Below are positions 51,576-63,749 of a DNA stretch of 64,000 nucleotides, piece after piece. This DNA is from Octopus vulgaris. Lineage: Eukaryota. The stretch is taken from assembly GCA_951406725.2 (NCBI GenBank), contig OX597822.1, positions 70,928,001 through 70,992,000 on the forward strand, given 5' to 3'. Position 1 is the first letter of the stretch, and each line of letters begins with the position of its first letter. Both the position numbers and the translations under genes were made by a program. The notes below the pieces were generated by a model. It did not search any database. It was not told the origin of the DNA and saw only the letters and a list, made by a program, of their open reading frames with translations.

Positions 51576-51872
51576 TATATGAGTATGTGCATGTATATCT
51601 GTATGTATAGATACGGATGTGAAGGAACATTCTCACATGAGAAAGTTAAAGAATCAATACATGGAGAATGCAAACACATGCAAAACTTCAAGACTAATGT
51701 GAAGGAGACAGGGAGATAAGAAGTAATTTTCATAAGTCACTTTTCTAGATTTGTGTATTTATTTTGATATCCTGCATAGCTTCAGGTAACCATTACCAGC
51801 ATTCTCAAGTCAAGCGTTTGAAGATTGTGGAGATTTTTTTTTCCTACATAAAACCACTGGTTGTCTTGTTAT

Positions 51873-51912
<40 letters not shown>

Positions 51913-52352
51913 ACACTCACACACACACACTTACAACAAGAATGTGTGCTCAACACTGCATTGGGGGGGATAAATAGTCTTTATTTGTGGGTTAATAAGG
52001 CAACCAATGATTTCATGTGAAGAGATCTTCACAATTGTTCGAGCATGCCACATGGAAGATTTGGTACATGTCTCAATTTATGATGAGAATATATATGTAT
52101 TTGTGTGTGTGTGTGTATATATATATATTCCTGACTGACTTGATAGTTTTCCAGCCTTTTCATTTAAGATCTAAGGAGGATAGCTCTTTTATCTCTTTAC
52201 TTTTTATTTTTTACATTTTAGTTTCCATTTTTCGTTTTCCAATTTTCATTTTCCGTTGTTTACTTTCTGCATTTTCTATATGCCACCTTCTCAATTTTTC
52301 CCTGTTTCTTCTATTATTCAATTTCTTTAGTTGTTATGATATGTGGTTTTGT

Positions 52353-52401
52353 GCCTGAAGAATGTTTGAGTTTTCTCTTAACATATGAAACTATTAGTAG
52401 C
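52353..52401 (+). ncRNA. Minimal hammerhead motif
   Basis: gc-CTGAAGA-atgtt...aacat-at-GAAA-ctattag-TA-gc. Confidence 0.55.
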
Positions 52402-52509
52402 TCTTTGATACATGTATTGTGACCTTTAAATAAATAATATTTATCTCTCAACAGATGGAGTACATTTTTTGTTCAATTTTCTATCATAAATATATATATA
52501 TATATATAA

Positions 52510-53997
52510 AAGGCCTCTCGCTCAAGGTAAAAGGCAGACTGTATGATGCATGTGTACGTACAGCCATGCTACATGGTAGTGAAATTTGGGCTGTGACTGC
52601 TGAGGATTTGCGTAAGCTCGCAAGAAATGAAGCTAGTATGCTCCGATGGATGTGTAACGTCAGTGTTCATAATCGACAGAGTGTAAGTACCTTGAGAGAA
52701 AAGTTGAACCTAAGAAGCATCAGTTGTTGTGTGCAAGAGAGACGTATGCGCTGGTATGGTCATGTGATGAGAATGGCTGAAGATAGTTGTGTGCGAAAGT
52801 GCCACACCCTAGCAGTTGAGGGGACCTGTGGAAGAGGTAGACCCAGGAAAACCTGGGTCGAGGCGGTGAAGCACGACCTTCGAACTTTAGGTCTCACCAA
52901 GGAAATGACCAGTGACCGAGACCTTTGGAGGTATGCTGTGCGTGAGAAAACCCGGCAAGACCAGTGAGAACAGTCAAAATCAAGATCAAACCATGGTAAA
53001 AGTACCATCCATTCGTAGCCGTTTGCCAGCCCTGTCTGGCCCCCGTGTCGGTGGCACGTAAAAGCACCATCCGTTCGTGTTCGTTGCCAGCCTGGCCTGG
53101 CCCCCGTGCTGGTGACACGTAAAAGCACCATCCGTTCGTGGCCGTTTGCCAGCTCTGTCTGGCCCCCGTGCCGGTGACACGTAAAAGCACCATCCGTTCG
53201 TGGCCGTTTGCCAGCTCTGACTGGCCCCCGTGCCGGTGACACGTAAAAGCACCATCCGTTTGTGGCCGTTTGCCAGCCCTGTCTGGCCCCATGTCGGTGA
53301 CATGTAAAAGCACCATCCGTTTGTGGCCGTTTGCCAGCCCTGTCTGGCCCCCATGTCGGTGACATGTAAAAGCACCATCCGTTCGTGAAGCACCATCCGT
53401 TTGTGGCCGTTTGCCAGCCCTGTCTGGCCCCCATGTCGGTGACATGTAAAAGCACCATCCGTTTGTGTCCGTTGCCAGCCTCGCCTGGCCCCCGTGCCGG
53501 TGACACGTAAAAGCACCATCCGTTCGTGGCCGTTTGCCAGCCCTGTCTGGCCCCCGTGTCGGTGGCATGTAAAAGCACCATCCATTCGTGCCCGTTGCCA
53601 GCCTCGCCTGGCCCCCGTGCCGGTGACACGTAAAAGCACCATCCGTTTCGTGGCCATTTGCCAGCTCTGTCTGGTCCCCGTGTTGGTGGCACGTAAAAGC
53701 ACCATCCGTTCGTGTCCGTTGCCAGCCTCGCCTGGCCCCGTGCCAGTGACACGTAAAAGCACCATCCGTTCGTGGCCGTTTGCCAGCCCTGTCTGGCACC
53801 TGTGTGGGTGGCACGTAAAAAGCACCCACTACACTCACGGAGTGGTTGGCGTTAGGAAGGGCATCCAGCCGTAGAAACACTGCCAGATCTGACTGGGCCT
53901 GATGAAGCCTTCCAGCTTCACAGACCCCAGTTGAACCGTCCAACCCATGCTAGCATGGAGAACGGATGCTAAATGATGATGATGATGATGATGATGA
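52510..53997 (+). mobile_element. Young 5'-truncated RTE LINE with open ORF C-terminus and tandem-repeat 3' UTR
   Basis: KGRLYDACVRTAMLHGSEIW...RWYGHVMRM...GRGRPRKTW...* at 52967. (tga)n tail, (TA)n on both sides. Confidence 0.93.
52997..53830 (+). repeat. ~61-bp GC-rich tandem array, 13-14 units
   Basis: aaagcaccatcc recurs every 61-62 bp, with two unit types. Confidence 0.95.
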
Positions 53998-54129
53998 TAT
54001 ATATATATATATATTATTTATTTATTTATTTATATATATGTATATATATATACACATGTATATATGTAGATATGTGCATGTGTATGTATGTATATATGTA
54101 TATGTATGTATGTACAAATGTGTACAGTA

Positions 54130-55370
54130 TCAAAAGTAATTAATGATATGGAAGGCCCAAGAACGGTCAATGAGCATGAGGCACGAAACTGATACAGACA
54201 TTTCAAGGAAGGTGACACCAGCCTTGAAGAGAAACCAAAGTTCAAGGAGACCTGTCATAGAAGGTGAAGATTTGCTTGAAATGGTTGGACAACAGCCAAG
54301 CAAAAGCACTCATACATTGTTGGCTGAAGCTGGTCCTTCACAAAGCACCATCAATTGACTCCTCTCTCAGTTCAGCCTTGTAAACAGAAACTGTTATGAA
54401 GTTCCTCATGAACTGACCAATCCTCACCGGGTTCAACAACATGGGAACATTTGAAAACAACTGCTGGCAGATCCTCAAGATACCTGCTTTGGCATCAGAT
54501 GTGACAGGATGAAGTCTGGATCCATTCTTGTAATTCTAGTAAGAGAAATCAGTGGCTTCATACTGACCAGGCTTCAGAACCTGTTGTCAAACAAAGGCTG
54601 TGTGAACAGAAGATCCTGTTGTATTTAATTATATCCCTTCACTTTTTTTTATGAACGTAGGTACTTCTTGGTTATCTCACCCCCATTTAAAAAATAACCT
54701 AAAAAAGTTGGGTTATCTCCCCATTAAAAAGTTGAGTTAATGTGGCGACAAGAAATTGGATTAAAAGGGTTAGATCCTTTTGATTCAATACTTCAACATA
54801 TTGTTGACGCTTGGCCTCCTCAAAAGGCATGGTATGATTTGTTATGTATGTTTGGTGGAAGATCAGATCATGTTGTATGTTTGGTGGATGTTGCACTCTG
54901 AGATTATCCCAGTTGGTCATGCTGTGAATATATAATGTTTTGGAAGCCCGCTACCTGGTATTGGTCAATCAAAGACATACATTCATATAACATGACAATG
55001 CTCCAAGTACACACTGCCAATGTGACCAAGTGCAAACTGGAGGAGCTGGAAGTGCTGCCTAAATCTGCTTATAGTCCAGACCTTGCACCATCAGATTCCC
55101 ACCTTTTTTGTGAGCCAGGGTTCATTTCCTGCATGGGCCAAGGTTCAACAATGTGGATGAGGCTGAAAATGGGTGCACAGATTTTTTTTACCTCTAAACC
55201 AACTAAATGGTATAAGCATAGAATTGAACTTCTGGCTCAACAATGGCAGCAGACAATAGAATATGATGGGATATATTTTGATGAATAAACACTTTACATA
55301 TGTCATTTATTTGAACTATTAATTAAAGTCTGAATACAAAAAAAAAAACAAAAAAACTTTGACACAACAT
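54130..55370 (+). mobile_element. Decayed mariner transposon
   Basis: FKEGDTSLEE, VPHELT, HDNA, AYSPDLAPSDSHLF and WQQTIEYDGIYFDE*. Confidence 0.88.
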
Positions 55371-55706
55371 ACAAATATACATACATACACACACACATAG
55401 ATACATACACATGTATGTATGCACACACACACACACTCATATGTTTATAGTATTAAATCTATTTATTTTTAATTTCCAAATGACTAAACATTGTTTATTC
55501 TCATTATTACGGTATTTTGATGCACATGACAGTTTTGTTTTAACTATATTTCTTTCTTTCGTATTCAGTAAATAAATTCTCTGCCTTAGTTCTAAAAATC
55601 TTTATTTTCAAATGTTAATAATATTTTTGATAGGTCTGACATATGTAACAGAGAGAGATGAAAAATCGTTGATTAACTGAAATTATCCTTGCAATTTATA
55701 AATAAA

Positions 55707-56462
55707 GGCATAGGAGTGGCTGTGTGGTAAGTAGCTTGCTTACCAACCACATGGTTCCGGTTCAGTCCCACTGTGTGGCATCTTGGGCAAGTGTCTTCTA
55801 CTATAGCTTTGGGTTGACCAAAGTCTTGTGAGTGGATTTGGTAGATGGAAACTGAAAGAAGCCCATCGTATGTATATTGTGACCGCGTGTGTACCGTTGG
55901 CGATTTTTTTCCCTCCGTCTTCCCTTCTCTGGATCTTTCCTTTTCCTATGTTTCTGACGAAGAGCTCCGCTCGAAATGTAAAACCCTCCTTCATCCCTTC
56001 CTTCCTGAGCGTCCAATAATACTATATTTGTTCCACGTCTTCGCGTTGTGTTTTCTCTTTGTGTTTTCATGTTTGGATCAACTTTATCATCATCATCATC
56101 ATCATCATCATCATCGTTTAACGTCTGCTTTCAATGCTAGCATGGGTTGGACGATTCAACTGGGGTCTGGGAAGCCAGAAGGCTGCACCAGGCCCAGTCT
56201 GATCTGGCAGATGTATATATATATGTGTGTGTGTGTGTATGTGTTTGTGTGTCTGTGTTTGTCCCCCCAACATTGCTTGACAACCGATTTTGGTGTGTTT
56301 ACGTCCCCGTAACTTAGCAGTTCAGCAAAAGAGACCAATAGAATAAGTACTAGGCTTACAAAGAATAAGTCCAGGGGTCGATTTGCTCGACTAAAGGTGG
56401 TGCTCCAGCATGGCCACAGTCAAATGACTGAAACGAGTAAAAGAGTAAAGAGAAAAGAGTAA
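55707..56462 (+). mobile_element. SINE A with two nested insertions in its microsatellite
   Basis: 5' half to ~55875 and 3' half from ~56215. A hammerhead repeat and an RTE tail lie between. Confidence 0.85.
55878..56083 (+). repeat. ~205-bp repeat with minimal hammerhead at 55950-55984
   Basis: gttt-CTGACGA-a-gagc tcc gctc-GAAA-tg-TA-aaac. Second copy at 61026-61235. Confidence 0.75.
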
Positions 56463-56897
56463 AGCAAGAACTTGTTATTAATTGACAAAAGAACCATTAG
56501 TTCAAGATAGCATTCCGTATATCTTACTTATATGGTTATTCTGTAGAAAGCTAAAACACAGAGGAATTTGTCCAGAGAAAGCTTCTCTTATAGGTGTATG
56601 CTGCTAAAAAAAATGCCCAGAGGTGTATCAGTAGTAGGCAAATAGTGTCCAACAGCAGCAGCAGCAGCAGTGATGGAATTGCTAAATCCAGATTTCTGCA
56701 TCTTTATACATCATAAGTAGCAAGTTGCCACTCTCAGTTGCAGGCTTAGACAAATTTTGTTGTCTACTGATATAGTAAAATAGTGATAAACACATCACTG
56801 GTGTAGCAATTAGCTGGTAGGCTAGATAAAATTTATTAACGATGGAAGCAGTATTAGTTCAAAATAGTACATGGTATATCATACTAAATGTGGATAT

Positions 56898-57039
56898 AGG
56901 CACAGGGTGGCTGTGTGGTAAGAAGCTTGCTTACCAGCCACAGTGTTCAGGATTCAGTCCCACTGCATGGCACCTTGGGAACGCGTCTTCTGCCACAGCT
57001 TCATGTCGACCAAAGAGTGGAAACTGAAAGAAGCCCATC

Positions 57040-57114
<75 letters not shown>

Positions 57115-57118
57115 CATA

Positions 57119-57182
<64 letters not shown>

Positions 57183-57345
57183 GATGGGCTTCTTTCAGTT
57201 TCCGTCTACCAAATCCAATCACAAGGCTTTGGTTGGCCCAAGGCTATAGTAGAAGACACCTGCCCAAGGTGCCACGCAGTGGGACTGAACCCGGAACCAT
57301 GTGGTTGATAAGCAAGCTACTTACCACACAGCCACTCCCATGCCC
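56898..57345. mobile_element. Two SINE A 5' halves in inverted orientation, joined by (TA)n
   Basis: 56898-57040 (+) and 57181-57345 (-). Confidence 0.85.
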
Positions 57346-57569
57346 ATAATAATTTATTAAAAATTACACAGAACATATCTTAGGAATATGAGTTTGAAAT
57401 GAGGTAGAATTCAGAACACGATAACACATTATTTATCATGGCAATCAAAGCAGACTTAACATAGAAAGTATTTGTAACAATGAATAAACATAAGCTGGTT
57501 GTTAGATGCTTGTGTTGTAGAAAGTGTTATGGAGAATGTAAATATGTTTTTGTGCATTAGAAAGTCAAT

Positions 57570-58010
57570 TCTTTTCTTGGCACAAGGCCTGAAACTTTTG
57601 GGGAGGAGAGGCAGTCCATTAGATCGGCCCCAGTATGCAACTGATACTTAATTTATTGACCCGGAAAGGATGAAAGGCAAAGTCGACCTCGGTGGAATTT
57701 GAACTCAGGACGTAAAAACAGACGAAATAGTGCTAAGTATTTCGCCTGGTGTGCTAACGTTTCTGCCAGCTCGCTGTCTTTTAGTATAGTATATTCGTTT
57801 CTACTCTAAGCACAAGGTCCAAAATTCGTGAGGAGAGGGCTAGTCAGTTAGATCGAGATCAGTACGCAACTCGTACTTAATTTATTGACCTGGAAAGGAT
57901 GAAAGACAAAGTCATCCTCGGCGGAATTTGAACTCAGAATGTAAAGACAAACGAAATACCGCTAAGTATTTCAGCCGGTGTGCTAACGTTTCTGCCAGCT
58001 TGCCGTCTTT
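57570..58010 (-). mobile_element. Two tandem SINE B copies
   Basis: Body repeated. ttagaaagtcaatt flanks the pair on both sides (TSD-like). Confidence 0.85.
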
Positions 58011-58157
58011 AGAAAGTCAATTGAAAAATGTGTGTAGCTATTTTTAGATATATTTTCTTGTCTCTAAAGTTGAAATATTTATGAACTGATAATCACGAAC
58101 AGTAAATGTAAGCAGTGCTGTGTGGTAAGTAGCTTGTGGGTGGTAAGTAGCTTGCAT

Positions 58158-58550
58158 GGGTGCAGGAGTGGCTGTGTAGTAAGTAGCTTGCTTACCAACC
58201 ACATGGTTCCAGGTTCAGTCCCACTGTTTGGCGTCTTGGGTGAGTGTCTTCTACTATAGCCTCGAGTTGACAGAAGCTTTGTGAATGGATTTGGTAGACA
58301 GGAACTGAAAGAAGCCCATCATGTATATATATGTATATGTTTGTGTGTTTATGTTTGTCTCCACGAACATCGCTTGACAACCAATGCTGGTGTGTTTACG
58401 TTCCTGTAACTTAGTGGTTCAGCAAAAGAGACCGATAGAATAAGTACTAGTCTTACAAAGAATAAGCCCTGGGGTCGATTTGTTTGACTAAAGATGGTGC
58501 TCCAGCATGGCCACAGTCAAATGACTGAAACAAATAAAAAAGTAAAAGAG
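58158..58550 (+). mobile_element. SINE A
   Basis: Full-length copy with short repeats of the A-box region upstream. Confidence 0.88.
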
Positions 58551-58569
58551 TGGTTTTAAACAGACACAA

Positions 58570-58860
58570 ATTATCGTTATGAGGGCTTATCCAAAATGAA
58601 GTAATTAGAGAATGGAATGGAGATAATGATGTGATTGCAGAATACAAAATGTATAAGTTCTCCCGGGCTGGATTTGTCACAAGGTTCACAGACAACTGGA
58701 GGAATTATGCAGTTGACGAGTGCTATCCAAGAGATCAGAAAAGGTCACTCAGAAGGCCTTCATAATGACAAGACGATGATTTAGTTAAACAATTTAGGCT
58801 AAGATGGAAAAGAAGGATGCAACAAAGGAAGAACTGGATCTGCATTGTAACCAGCAATGT
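58570..58860 (+). mobile_element. Old RTE C-terminal fragment
   Basis: IQNEVIRE..DVIAEYK.YKFSRAGFVTRFTDN...YPRDQKRSLRRP. Confidence 0.65.
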
Positions 58861-60953
58861 ATAACAATATCTGATAGTCTGGTTGATACAGGTGATACAA
58901 GCATAAATTATTCTATCTTGGCAATACCGAGGTACAAGTTAACAATTAACAAGAGAAAAAATGAGAGAAATGGAAAGTGGGAGGAGAAAAGAAACAGCAG
59001 ACCCAAGGTTTCCTGTGACAGCTAAGAGAAGTTAAGATAGTCGTGTGTTATCTTTAAATAATGAAAAGGGTTCACAGACTACTTGTTTATGATTGGCTAT
59101 CACACAACAATAGTGAAACTGAAATGTCATCGGTATAATGTTTCTATGTTAGTTCTCATTAGATAGAAGAGAAACACCGATCAATAAAGATCAATACAAA
59201 TCAATGGGTTGTGAGAAGTAAATGAAAATGCAAAATGAATTATTAAGATTGTGAAGTCATCAAGGCACCAAAATAAAGTACCATGTATTTTGGAGGTGGT
59301 GTCAGCATCATCATCATTATCCAGTGTTTTAAATTTGGGTTTTGTCCTTGTTAACGGGTGAATCTACCTCAATGCCATAGCAACCGAGGTAGGCAGGTGC
59401 AGCCCTCCCCAACCTTTGGAATGGCTGGTGCCCATTCTCCTTTGCTATCATGAGGCTTTTTTGGAACTGGATTTTCTACAGGGAGCATGCCCTTGCTTAC
59501 CCCCAACTTCAGTTTCTAGACATGAGTGGTACCACAATTTTTAAGAAATGTGGTGGAAAACTAGCTCAGGAAGGCAGGGACGCTACTCCCTGAAACCCCT
59601 TTCAGAGCCCCCTTCATATATCATATCACCATGATATATGAAAAAATGTATGCCAGTTGTTGGCTGTTTGCAGCTCAGGGTCATCATCTGTATAAATCTA
59701 AACAGATTGTTCAGAGGGATCACAATGAATTCTAAATGAATTTTTCTTTTTTCCTACATCTCAACATGGCATTGTAACATGGCTGCAGTCTCATAACTAA
59801 AACAAGCAAAAAAAAAATAACGCAGTTAAACAATAAGAAAATAGACCTCTTCTGATGTGGTTGATCTAATAGTTCATTAGAAATAGGGATGACTTCAGAG
59901 GAGAAAGTAGCAGCTTAAAACTTACCACATCAGTCAAAGCAGAGTCTACATAAAAAGTATTTGTAAAACTATATAACTATATTTCGTTTTTGGATTTGTT
60001 TTGCAAGATTCGTGTATTGAAGTATATTCTGTTGTGTCTGGGGAGAGTCATTTTCTTTTTGTGCCTTATAATGTGAAATTTCCACTTATTCCTTATTTTT
60101 ATTTTCCTAACATTTTTGGTGCATCTTGCAACTTTTTCAATAGTCTTGACTCTTATATAACTATATAAGCCAATGAAACCAGTAGTGTTGTAGAAAAATA
60201 TGTTAAAGTGTTTTACTAAGTGAACTGGGCGATGTTCTTAGGAAGTTTCTGACATATGTTTTCTGATTTGTATTACTTATGTTTTCTTGTTTGTAAAGTC
60301 AAAATATTTACAAACATATAATCGACAGCAGTTTTTGATCAGGTAGAAGTTATTCTATCAAGACAGATATCAAAACAGGTAGAAGACACCGGCTAACATA
60401 AGTGAGTGAGAGAGGGAGAGAGAAAGAGACAGAGTGATGGGAGAGGAAAGGCGGGGGAGAGAAGACAGTTTACTCATAGCTCCCAGTGACAGTTGAGTGA
60501 CACTGAAAACTAAGATAGACATGTGTTTTCTTTAAATAACACACACACACACATACACACGCACACACACGCACGCACACACACACACACACACACACAC
60601 GCGCGCACATGCACACAAAATGGCCTGACGGATTATCAGTCTCTGATTGGCTCAAATGACACACACGGCAACCATGGAACTAAAATGTCATCTGCATACT
60701 GTTGTTACACATATAATCATGTATAACTACAACAAAACACATACATATGTTTCTGTACCACAGAGACCATCAAATATATGATGTATTTACATACATATGG
60801 AGGAGCAATGAAAAAAATATTGTTTCTCTCTTTTCTCTCTTCAATATATATATATGTATGTATGTATATCTATCTACCTACCTACCTACCTACCTACCTA
60901 CCTACCTATCTACCTACCTACCTACCTACCTACCTACCTACCTACCTACCTAC

Positions 60954-61025
<72 letters not shown>

Positions 61026-61235
61026 ATGTGACCGTGTGTGTATCGTTGGCGATTTTTCCTCCGTCTTCTCTTCTTTGGACCTTTCCTTTTTCTATGTTTC
61101 TGATGAAGAGCTCTGCTCGAAATGTTAAATCCTCCTTCTTTCTTTCCTTTTTTGAGCATTCAATAACACTATACTTCTTCCACATCCTCGTTTTGTTGCT
61201 TTCTCTTTGTATTTTCATGTTTGCATTAACTATAT
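61026..61235 (+). repeat. Second copy of the hammerhead-bearing repeat (motif 61096-61130)
   Basis: gttt-CTGATGA-a-gagc tct gctc-GAAA-tg-TT-aaat. Confidence 0.75.
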
Positions 61236-61282
<47 letters not shown>

Positions 61283-61284
61283 CA

Positions 61285-62017
61285 TCTGTCCTTTTATTCT
61301 TTTACTTGTTTCAGTCATATGATTGTGGCCATGCTGGAGTACTGCTTTAAAGAAATCGACCCCGGGACTTATTCTTTCTAAGCCTAGTACTTATTCTAGC
61401 AGTCTCTTTAGCTGAACTGTTAAGTTACAGGGATGTAAACACACCAACATCGGTTGTCAAGTAATGGGGGGGGGACAAACAGACACAAAGGCACACGCAT
61501 AAATATACGTATATATAAATACACACACACTCACACACACACACACACGCGCACATATATATATCATGTGATCATGTGACCGACCAGACCATCAGATGTT
61601 GTTACACATAGCTGGTCACAATGCGTTTGCATTGTTTTAGCCTTCGAATGATGCCATCCTGCAGGCTAAGCGAGCAGGCCAACAAAAGAAAGAGTGGTGA
61701 AAGAGTACAGCAGGGATCACCACCCCCTGCCGGAGCCTCGTGGAGCTTTTTTAGGTGTTTTTGCTCAATAAACACTCACAACGCCCGGTCTGGGAATCGA
61801 AACAGCGATCCTACGATCGCGAGTCCGCTGCCCTAACCACTGGGCATATATATACGACGGGTGTCTTTCAGTTTCCATCTACCAAATCCACCCACAAGGC
61901 TTTGGTTGGCCCGAGGCTATAGTAGAAGACACTCGCGAAAGGTACCATGCAGTGGGACTGAACTCTGAACCATGTGGTAGGGAAGCAAGCTACTTACCAT
62001 ACACCCACACCTGTGCC
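61285..62017 (-). mobile_element. SINE A interrupted by SINE D
   Basis: Family A halves flank 61563-61846. Confidence 0.85.
61563..61846 (-). mobile_element. tRNA-derived SINE family D (CpG-rich, young)
   Basis: Head gcccagtggttagggcagcggactcgcgatcgtaggatcgctgtttcgattccc and (cacatgat) tail repeats. Confidence 0.75.
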
Positions 62018-62369
62018 TATATATGTGTGTGTGTATGTGTGTAAATGTATATATGTATACGTGTTAATATATATCTATATCTATGCGTTTATTTATATAT
62101 CTACATCTATAGCTATATCTAGAAATGTATTTGACAGGCTTCCTCCAGTTTCCATCTATCAAATCCACTCAGAAGGCTTTCATCGGTCTGAGGCTATAAT
62201 AGAAAACATGTATCCAAAGTGTCATGCAGTGGGACTGAACTTGAAGCCACGTGGCTGGAAAACCAACTTCTTACCACACAACCACACAACCATACACACA
62301 TGCATGCACACACATACACACACATATATATTCAAATGTATATACACTACATACATATGTATATATATG

Positions 62370-62401
<32 letters not shown>

Positions 62402-62627
62402 CATATATACATATATATACAAACACATACACATATATATGTATACACACACACACAAATATATGTATATGCTCAAATGTATATACACTAAGTATATATA
62501 TATATATATATATATGTACTCATATATGTGTGTATACATATGTGTATATATGCACATATGGATACACACATGTATATATGTACATATATATATGTATATA
62601 TATATAGATGTGTGAGTGTATATATAT

Positions 62628-62679
<52 letters not shown>

Positions 62680-63034
62680 GTACACATATATATGTATACA
62701 CACACATAGAAATACATTCGCTTGCTCACATATGCATGATATCAGATTGATTGCACATTGAAGAGACCAGCATCTTGAGTTGTAAATTTGAGACAATTGG
62801 ATTCAGGGAGCAAGACGGATTGAAGAGATACAGCATATGAAGAGATTGTGAGATTGTCTTAAAAATTAATGACTAATCAATTTATCGATAATGTCTATGT
62901 CTACGCACATACCTCCATGTTTTCATATGTTTGTTTGTGTGTTTGAGTGAATGCATCTGTTTCCAATAATGAGACAATGTATTATGGAATAGTTATATAA
63001 CGTGTTTGAGAACTTAGGAGTGTGTGTGTGTGTG

Positions 63035-63295
63035 TGCATACATGAATGGAGAGGTATATATGTATGTGTGTGTGTGCATGTGTGTTTGTGTGTATACATG
63101 AATAGAGAGGAATATATGTATGTGTGTGTGTATGTGTGTGCGTGTGCGTTTGTATGTATAAATGAATGTCGAGGTATATATGTATGTGCGTGTGTGTGCA
63201 TGTGTGTTTGTGTGTGTACATGAATGGAGAGGTATATGTGTGTGTGTGCATGTCTGTTTGTGTGTATACATGAATAGTGTGTGTATACATGATTG
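63035..63295. repeat. ~55-bp minisatellite built on (TG)n
   Basis: tacatgaatggagaggtatat recurs 4-5 times. Confidence 0.8.
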
Positions 63296-63435
63296 TATGT
63301 TTGCAAATATATATAAATTTGTATATATATATATATAGATATATAAATGTATATATGTATACATACATATATATATGTATATATATATTTTATATATATA
63401 TATACATACATATATATATATACATACATATATAT

Positions 63436-63510
<75 letters not shown>

Positions 63511-63511
63511 C

Positions 63512-63564
<53 letters not shown>

Positions 63565-63575
63565 TATATATGTAC

Positions 63576-63616
<41 letters not shown>

Positions 63617-63672
63617 CAGCTGTATATTCAACATGCAGGAACTGACCACCTATTTTGTATATCTTAAACTAC

Positions 63673-63749
63673 CTCTGACGAGATTCGACTTTCAAGTAAT
63701 TTTAAATTTTATTAATTTTCTAAAAGTTTAGAATTGAAACAGCTGTAAG
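63673..63749 (+). ncRNA. Hammerhead motif with intact core and long stem II
   Basis: ct-CTGACGA-gattc...gaatt-GAAA-cagctg-TA-ag. Confidence 0.6.

Noticed and set aside
52997-53830. CRISPR-like regularly spaced array
   Set aside because: Units are near-identical with no unique spacers, there are no cas genes, and the array lies in the 3' UTR of a eukaryotic RTE LINE.
52760-53943. Long minus-strand ORFs (279-349 aa)
   Set aside because: Open in all three frames because the GC-rich tandem repeat lacks stops; antisense to the LINE.
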